Source: a virus | Lineage: Duplodnaviria > Heunggongvirae > Uroviricota > Caudoviricetes | Virus record (IMG/VR): IMGVR_UViG_2939127364_000002 | Length of the DNA: 42,479 nucleotides | Reading direction: 5' to 3' (one strand) | Program-made: the position numbers and the translations under genes | Part shown: one piece after another, positions 36,556 through 42,479 of the stretch | Position numbering within the stretch: position 1 is the first letter of the stretch | Layout: each line of letters opens with the position of its first letter | The notes under the pieces: generated by a model | What the model was told of the DNA's origin: nothing | Seen by the model: the letters and a program-made list of their open reading frames with translations, nothing else | Database searches by the model: none

Positions 36556-37578
36556 ATGGCAGTAAAAATTTCAGGTGTACTGAAAGACGGCACAGGAAAA
36601 CCGGTACAGAACTGCACAATCCAGCTGAAAGCAAAACGTAACAGCACCACGGTGGTGGTGAACACGCTGGCCTCAGAAAATCCGGATGAAGCCGGGCGTT
36701 ACAGCATGGACGTTGAGTACGGTCAGTACAGCGTTATTCTGTTGGTGGAAGGATTCCCGCCGTCACATGCCGGGACCATCACCGTGTATGAAGATTCCCG
36801 ACCCGGTACGCTGAATGATTTTCTCGGTGCCATGACGGAGGATGATGCCCGTCCGGAGGCTCTGCGGCGTTTTGAGGCGATGGTGGAAGAAGTTGCCCGC
36901 CAGGCATCGGAGGCATCGCGGAATGCCACCGCCGCATGGCAGGCATCTGAACAGGCGCAGACATCAGCAGGTCAGGCATCGGAAAGCGCCACGGCAGCAG
37001 TGAATGCAGCCGGAGCGGCAGAAGCATCAGCCACACAGGCAGCCTCATCCGCAGCATCTGCAACCAATGCGGCAAATAGCGCTTCTGCTGCAAATACTGC
37101 AAAAACCGGCGCAGAAGCTGCAAGAGATGCTGCAAATACTGCAAAAACCGGCGCAGAAGCTGCAAGAGATGCTGCAAATACTGCAAAAACCGGCGCAGAA
37201 GCTGCAAGAGATGCAGCTCTGGATGCCCAAACTGCTGCTGAATTAGCTGAAGCAAATGCAAAAATTTCTGAAACAAATGCAGCTGAGAGTAAGCGATTAG
37301 CAGAAGCAGCGATAGATGTGGCAAACTCATCTGCAGGAATATATCAGGACACCACATCTGGTTTGGCGGGAACGGCAACCGGAGGTTATTTTTCGGTGCC
37401 GTCACCCCTGGATGACGAGGTGCTGATTTTGTATCGGAATGACGCCGGAATTGCTACTGAAGTTAAGAGATACCCGAGCGCGGCGGGGGTTGAAAACACG
37501 CGCGTATCGATGATAGGGGTGGCGGCCAGTCTGGTGCTGACACAATCAATTATTGCGGCGCATCACGCGTTTCTATGA
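36556..37578 (+). CDS. stf: Side tail fibre protein, proximal part (lambda Stf N-terminal domain)
   Basis: MAVKISGVLKDGTGKPVQNCTIQLKAKRNSTTVVVNT... matches the lambda Stf N-terminus; contains three perfect 42-bp tandem repeats. Confidence 0.8.
   Translation: MAVKISGVLKDGTGKPVQNCTIQLKAKRNSTTVVVNTLASENPDEAGRYSMDVEYGQYSVILLVEGFPPSHAGTITVYEDSRPGTLNDFLGAMTEDDARPEALRRFEAMVEEVARQASEASRNATAAWQASEQAQTSAGQASESATAAVNAAGAAEASATQAASSAASATNAANSASAANTAKTGAEAARDAANTAKTGAEAARDAANTAKTGAEAARDAALDAQTAAELAEANAKISETNAAESKRLAEAAIDVANSSAGIYQDTTSGLAGTATGGYFSVPSPLDDEVLILYRNDAGIATEVKRYPSAAGVENTRVSMIGVAASLVLTQSIIAAHHAFL
37087..37212 (+). repeat. Three perfect tandem 42-bp repeats inside stf (14-aa unit AANTAKTGAEAARD)
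   Basis: Identical units starting at 37087, 37129 and 37171. Confidence 0.9.
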
Positions 37579-37594
37579 CAATGAGGAAACTGAA

Positions 37595-38914
37595 ATGAGC
37601 GTAGAAACAGAACTAGCAAAACTGACGACAGCAACAGCCGCGCTACTGGAGTCGGTGAATGTAAACAAAGCGGCGCTGGATGCAGCAGTCATAGCGGCAA
37701 ATGCAGCAGAAGCAAAGGCCACCGAACAGGCTGGCGTGTCAACAACCAAAGCGGCCGAGGCAGTAGCCGCCGCGCAAGATGCGTTAAATCGGGCTCAAGC
37801 TGCGTTGGATTCAGCGGCCACGGCAGCAGCGCAAGCTGCCGCAGCCACAGCGGTTGCGACAGCGAATTTAGAAACCGCACTACCAGCCAGCGCATACATT
37901 AAAGATGCTAACCGTTACGCCGTCGAGCGCGCGTCAGGCGGGCGTCAAACCGTGCTGTATGATGATCTAGGCAATCCAAGCGTGATGAATATCATCCCAA
38001 TTTTTCGTTACGAGGATCTCGGCTACAGCGAGGACATGGGAACCGGGGTAGTCAGCTGCTTTGATGTTGGCACTGGCACCAACAAAAGCGAGATTTTTAT
38101 CGGTGCATTTCAGTCATCATTGGTCGGCAGTCGCGCAGTGTCATTGCCGCGTACAGGCCCGGCGACATTCGTAAACTTCGATACAGCAAAAGGCTACTGC
38201 GCAAACAAAGGAGCTGGCTGGCATCTGATGACAATGCACGAGTGGGCAGCAATTTCGCTGTGGTGCATGGCTAATGGCTTCGAGCCGCGCGGAAACACGA
38301 ACTTCGGACGCGCACATGATCGCTACGTAGAGCGAGGTCGCCGCATGGATGGCGGACTGCCGGGCGATACCGCCGGAACACCGCGCGTGCATGCGGGATC
38401 AGGGCCGGATGCGTGGCGGCACAATAATTCGCCGTGGGGAATTAGTGATTTAGTCGGCAACGTATGGGAATGGCTAGACGGATTCAAGTTGCAAGATGGA
38501 CAAATCATTGCCAGTACATTTAACACGCAAGCTGAAGCAAGTTGGGCTGCACAAGCCGCCTATTTCGATGCAACGCAGACCACCGGCGGTGCGCCGCGCC
38601 TGTCTGATGCAGTAGTCAATCGCCTGGGAGCAATCGGCGATAACACGACCGACGGATACTCAGCAAGCGGAAATTTCGACGTTATGGAAAAAACAGGCAC
38701 ATATGTCAGCAATCAGCTGCTGAAGCGTCTATTGGTCGAGCCATCGACAGTGCTGCCGAAAGGTCGCGTATATATGCGAAATTTTGGCGAGCGGCTCCCG
38801 TATCGTGGCGGCGCTTGGGACTACGGCATCAATGCCGGCCTCGCCGCGCTCGCTTGCATCGCTTCGCGCGACTTTGCGCGCACCAGCATCGGGTTCCGCC
38901 TCGCTTTTGCGTGA
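37595..38914 (+). CDS. Distal tail fibre protein with C-terminal FGE-sulfatase (SUMF1)-like domain
   Basis: Ala-rich N-terminal region; C-terminal ...GWHLMTMHEWAAI...GNVWEWLDGF...RGGAWDYG...SIGFRLAFA matches formylglycine-generating-enzyme family motifs; GAGGA RBS before ATG 37595. Confidence 0.65.
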   Translation: MSVETELAKLTTATAALLESVNVNKAALDAAVIAANAAEAKATEQAGVSTTKAAEAVAAAQDALNRAQAALDSAATAAAQAAAATAVATANLETALPASAYIKDANRYAVERASGGRQTVLYDDLGNPSVMNIIPIFRYEDLGYSEDMGTGVVSCFDVGTGTNKSEIFIGAFQSSLVGSRAVSLPRTGPATFVNFDTAKGYCANKGAGWHLMTMHEWAAISLWCMANGFEPRGNTNFGRAHDRYVERGRRMDGGLPGDTAGTPRVHAGSGPDAWRHNNSPWGISDLVGNVWEWLDGFKLQDGQIIASTFNTQAEASWAAQAAYFDATQTTGGAPRLSDAVVNRLGAIGDNTTDGYSASGNFDVMEKTGTYVSNQLLKRLLVEPSTVLPKGRVYMRNFGERLPYRGGAWDYGINAGLAALACIASRDFARTSIGFRLAFA

Positions 38915-38958
38915 CCTGATGTTGTGTTTTCTGATGGCGCCACGACAGTGGCGCTTTG

Positions 38959-39081
38959 CCTGGAGGCTGTCGCATGAATGAGTTAATCATCGAGCAAAAA
39001 GTAAGGGAGATGATCTTGTATGGCTACATCGCACTGCGGCAACTGCCAAGAGCTAACACATACAGACTGAGAAATCATTAT
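38959..39081 (+). CDS. Possible small protein (40 aa)
   Basis: MNELIIEQKVREMILYGYIALRQLPRANTYRLRNHYSQNP with GGAGG 8 nt upstream; not in the track. Confidence 0.25.
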
Positions 39082-39111
39082 TCTCAGAACCCATGACCAA
39101 AGGAGCTAAAA

Positions 39112-39492
39112 ATGACAAAAACATATCTGCACGCCGGCATCGCGCACGCTGATACATCAGAAGAATACATGATGGAGCTAGGCATCGACGCCGACACCAG
39201 AGCAGCAATCATGAGCCAAATTGACTTTGAAACAGCGCAGGATGCAGTAGCAGCAAAAAAACTGCGTGATGCCGCCGTAGCTGCCATCAAAGTAACTGTA
39301 AGTGGCAAAGTTTTCGATGGAGACGAGGTCGCGCAGGGGCGCATGGCGAGAGCGGTGGCAGCAGCTGAAAGCGCGACCATCACCACATATCAATGGAAAC
39401 TTGCAGACAACAGCGTCGCTACAGTGTCGCTGGATGAGCTAAAGCAGGCGCTGGCGTTGGCATTCCAAGCTCAAAGCGAATTATGGGTATAG
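39112..39492 (+). CDS. Hypothetical protein downstream of the tail fibres (possible fibre accessory protein)
   Basis: 126-aa track ORF with AAAGGAG RBS; family not confidently recognised. Confidence 0.45.
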   Translation: MTKTYLHAGIAHADTSEEYMMELGIDADTRAAIMSQIDFETAQDAVAAKKLRDAAVAAIKVTVSGKVFDGDEVAQGRMARAVAAAESATITTYQWKLADNSVATVSLDELKQALALAFQAQSELWV

Positions 39493-40077
39493 GCGATCTG
39501 CAACTGATTGCACCCATTGGGGAGATAATAAATGATATACAGAACCATGTAAACGGCGCTCGCAACATTTTAGCGGCGGGGCACGCCGTACTTGCCTGTG
39601 GAGGGACGGTGCAGTCAGACCGCCCGTTGAAGCAGGAACCAGACGCTGAGCAATCAGCCGTCACCCACTAATGGGAATCCCCCTCCTGAGTCACGAAGTG
39701 CGAAGGTGGGGGAGGATGTCAATCTGGTGCTGCTGTATCAACTCGCATCAGCAGTATCCGGTATTTCTTTCACTCGCTTAGAGCGGTGGTTTCTTCCTCC
39801 GTCGCAATACCTGCATCAACAGCATCCTGACGCCGGTCAATCTCTGAGTCTGCCTGCGCTCGTAAATGAACGTTTACGAAAATGAATATCCTCCACAGCG
39901 TAATCAAGACGTAACTGTGGCGGGCATTGAAAATCTTTACTCACTCACTAACCAGAATTCAGCCTCTTCAAACATTTCCTGAACAGTACGGCTTATCTGT
40001 TCTTTCTCATGCTTGCTGGCGTCAGTGTTGATCGCCGGCAGTGTCATCATCGGTTTGCAAGGCTTTGCGCTGCTTTT

Positions 40078-41235
40078 CTATGACACCTTCTCATCAAGCC
40101 AATCCGCCCACCACTGCATCATTTCTCTGCGCTTATCGAGATACTGAGCATGGTTGTAAATTCCACGTACAGATCCGCCGTTGGCATGTGCCAGTTGCAC
40201 TTCAATGGCGTCGGCAGGCCATTCGTGCTCGTTCATAATCGTGCTGAATTCATGCCTGAATCCGTGACCGCTTTCCAGACCTTCATAGCCGATTTGTTTG
40301 ATCACAAGCAATACCGCGTTCTCGCAGATTGGCTTCTTCTTATCGTTGCGCCCGGCAAAAACAAACTCTGAGACTGGTTTGGTGATTGAGCTTAGCGTAG
40401 TGAGAAGTTCAACCACCTGGTCTGACATCGGGACCACATGAATTTTGCGTCCCTTCATCACACTGGCGTCGATGGTGATAATCCTGTTTTCAAAATCGAC
40501 GTTCTTCCATAGCATGGAACGAAGCTCTTTCGTTCTTAGGGCTGTATAACGTAAAACTTTTGTCGCAATGAGCGATACGATACTTCCTGAAAATGTTGCC
40601 AGTGCTTTGTTGAATGCAGGGATCTGGTCTGCTGGAAGGAACGGGAAGTTCTTCTTGCGGTATCCCTTCATGGCGTCAGCAAGGTCAGGTGCCGGGTTAT
40701 ATTTAGCCCTACCAGTGACAATAGCGTAACGGAAAACCTCGCCGCATCTTCTGCGGGCTTTGTTGGCTCGCTCCATTGCACCGCGATCTTCAAATCTGCG
40801 GATTACTTCCAGCAGTTGCATCGGCTCAATATCCTGAATTTCAAGGCCGCCGATGATGGGTAAAATGTCGTCATCAAACATTTTTGCAAGTTCATTTGCA
40901 TAGCCTACTGACCAGACTTGCTTCTTGTGCTCGTACCATTCCTTGTAAATGGCGCTAAAGGAATTGTTGTTAGACGAAGTCTTTTTCGCTTTTACCGGAT
41001 CGATACCAACCGAGATGTCTTTCCTCGCGGTCCATGCTTTATCCCTTGCCTCCTGCAAAGTCATAAGCGGATATTTTCCGACGGTCAGGATTTTCTCCTT
41101 ACCGTCAATCTTGTAGCGAAGCTGCCATACCTTTTTCCCGGATACAGGAACATAAAGGTACAGGCCATTACCATCGAGAAGGCGGTATGGTTTTTCTTTC
41201 GGCTTTGCTGCTTCAATCTGCTTAACGGTGAGCAT
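40078..41235 (-). CDS. intS: Tyrosine integrase, IntS-like
   Basis: MLTVKQIEAAKPKEKPYRLLDGNGLYLYV... recognised as the CPS-53/KplE1 integrase; start placed at ATG 41235 rather than track start 41271; adjacent to argW. Confidence 0.9.
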   Translation of the reverse strand: MLTVKQIEAAKPKEKPYRLLDGNGLYLYVPVSGKKVWQLRYKIDGKEKILTVGKYPLMTLQEARDKAWTARKDISVGIDPVKAKKTSSNNNSFSAIYKEWYEHKKQVWSVGYANELAKMFDDDILPIIGGLEIQDIEPMQLLEVIRRFEDRGAMERANKARRRCGEVFRYAIVTGRAKYNPAPDLADAMKGYRKKNFPFLPADQIPAFNKALATFSGSIVSLIATKVLRYTALRTKELRSMLWKNVDFENRIITIDASVMKGRKIHVVPMSDQVVELLTTLSSITKPVSEFVFAGRNDKKKPICENAVLLVIKQIGYEGLESGHGFRHEFSTIMNEHEWPADAIEVQLAHANGGSVRGIYNHAQYLDKRREMMQWWADWLDEKVS

Positions 41236-41281
41236 GGGTAAAAATCCGGTGGGTAAAATTATTTTATCCACTTTTTACCCG
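41236..41281. promoter_or_regulatory. Cluster of GGGTAAAA / TTTTACCC 8-mers upstream of intS (candidate recombination-protein binding sites)
   Basis: GGGTAAAA at 41236..41243 and 41251..41258, inverted TTTTACCC at 41273..41280. Confidence 0.35.
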
Positions 41282-41396
41282 TCATGGAGTGCGGCTGTCA
41301 ACGATCTGACGCGAACCATGACGAACCGTGAATATACGGAAGGCTTGATATTCAGGGGATTTTGCGGACTGGTACGGATGGGAGCGAACTGATAAA

Positions 41397-41471
41397 TGGT
41401 GTCCCCTGCAGGAATCGAACCTGCAATTAGCCCTTAGGAGGGGCTCGTTATATCCATTTAACTAAGAGGAC
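41397..41471 (-). tRNA. argW: tRNA-Arg (anticodon CCU)
   Basis: 75-nt cloverleaf GTCCTCTTAGTTAAATGGATATAACGAGCCCCTCCTAAGGGCTAATTGCAGGTTCGATTCCTGCAGGGGACACCA with anticodon CCT and encoded CCA. Confidence 0.9.
41411..41426. repeat. att core copy within the argW T-arm
   Basis: Exact 16-bp match to 221..236. Confidence 0.6.
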
Positions 41472-41546
41472 AATGCGGCATGAGTATACCCGCTAATGGA
41501 GTGCGGGGTAAGTACGCTGCCGCTCGATTGCTTAAACCCTCGCCAT

Positions 41547-42479
41547 TTATGCCGGGTTTTTATAATTTTTCTTAATGTTTTCCGCACGTTCTGCTTTTTG
41601 GCGTGCTTCTGCTTTACGCTTATTGCTCATGTCGTTACGAATCTGTGCATGACTCATTAACGCGAAGATAAAGGTGCCGCCGCAGATGTTCCCCGCTAAA
41701 GTAGGTAGTGCGAAGGGCCAGATGAAATCGCTCCAGTGCAGCGTACCGTTAAACACCAGATAGAGGATTTCAACAGAACCGACCACGATATGGGTGGTGT
41801 CACCCAGGGCAATAAGCCAGGTCATCAATATAATCACCACAATCTTTGCCGCACCCGCTGCAGGAAACATCCAAACCATAGTGGCGATCAGCCAGCCGGA
41901 AATGATCGCGTTGGCAAACATCTCGCTGGGGGTGTTTTTCATCACATCCATGCCGATTTTGACAAATGCATCGCGAGTTTCTTCATTGAAGATAGGCATA
42001 TATTCAAATGCCCACGCCGCAATACCTGTCCCGAGAATATTACCCAGCAGCACGACGCCCCATAACCGTATAAGTAAGCCGACGTTGCTCATTGTCGGTT
42101 TTTGCATGACGGGTAGTACCGCAGTCACGGTATTTTCGGTAAATAATTGCTGGCGGGCCATAATGACGATAATAAAACCAAAGGTATAACCGAGATTCTC
42201 CAGCAAGAAGCTGCCCGGCACACCTTCCAGTTCGACTTGAAATATCCCTTTTGCCAGTAACGAAGCGCCCATCGACAGACCCGCCGCAATGGCTGACCAC
42301 AGTAGCGCCACTGCGTCGCGTTCCAGCTCTTTTTCACCATCCTGGCGGATATGCTCATGAATTGCCATCGCCCGGGAGGGGAGTCGGTCTTCATCTATTT
42401 CTATTTTTTTGCCGCGCTCTTTTTCTTCGCTCTCAACTTCAATTTCGTCGCTGTGTTGATCAATTTTGTCGTTGTCCAT
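41547..42479 (-). CDS. yfdC: Inner-membrane formate/nitrite-transporter-family protein
   Basis: 310-aa ORF MDNDKIDQHSDEIEVESEEKERGKKIEIDEDR... recognised as YfdC, the gene next to argW in E. coli; its start codon is the last 3 bases of the window. Confidence 0.85.
   Translation of the reverse strand: MDNDKIDQHSDEIEVESEEKERGKKIEIDEDRLPSRAMAIHEHIRQDGEKELERDAVALLWSAIAAGLSMGASLLAKGIFQVELEGVPGSFLLENLGYTFGFIIVIMARQQLFTENTVTAVLPVMQKPTMSNVGLLIRLWGVVLLGNILGTGIAAWAFEYMPIFNEETRDAFVKIGMDVMKNTPSEMFANAIISGWLIATMVWMFPAAGAAKIVVIILMTWLIALGDTTHIVVGSVEILYLVFNGTLHWSDFIWPFALPTLAGNICGGTFIFALMSHAQIRNDMSNKRKAEARQKAERAENIKKNYKNPA

Noticed and set aside
39866-40050. Convergent pair of micro-ORFs (38 aa plus strand, 37 aa minus strand) just beyond the intS stop
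   Set aside because: Neither has a convincing RBS, and the antisense overlap is more likely coincidence than a toxin-antitoxin pair.

Overview
The window is almost entirely one lambdoid, mosaic prophage of about 41 kb at the tRNA-Arg (argW) site, with the host gene yfdC at the right edge and a TorI-like excisionase gene at the left edge. All calls rest on reading the sequence and the supplied ORF track and on remembered protein families; no database search, HMM scan or GC computation was run, so family names are recognition-based. Right to left on the minus strand: yfdC, argW (41397..41471), integrase intS, then the prophage body. The body has the lambda-type layout: an early-left operon (N-like antiterminator, RecT module, many small ORFs), an immunity region (cI, two unknown genes in the rexAB position, cro, cII), a P22-type replication module (O-like initiator with internal iterons, DnaB-type helicase), a nin region (NinB, Dam-like methyltransferase, Rha/KilAC, YbcO-like, RusA, NinH, Q), a lambda-like lysis cassette (S, R, Rz/Rz1), HK97-type packaging and head genes, and a tail module ending in lambda-like M/L/K/I/J, lom and a split side tail fibre. 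A 16-bp sequence from the argW T-arm is repeated exactly at 221..236 and 41411..41426. The most likely candidate for an undescribed system is the two-gene cassette co-oriented with cI at 5218..6269 (soluble protein plus membrane-anchored coiled-coil protein), which sits where lambda carries rexAB. Other points worth a second look are an AT-rich HNH-AP2 endonuclease island, a formylglycine-generating-enzyme-like domain at the tip of the distal tail fibre, and the unusual placement of torI relative to the att repeat.
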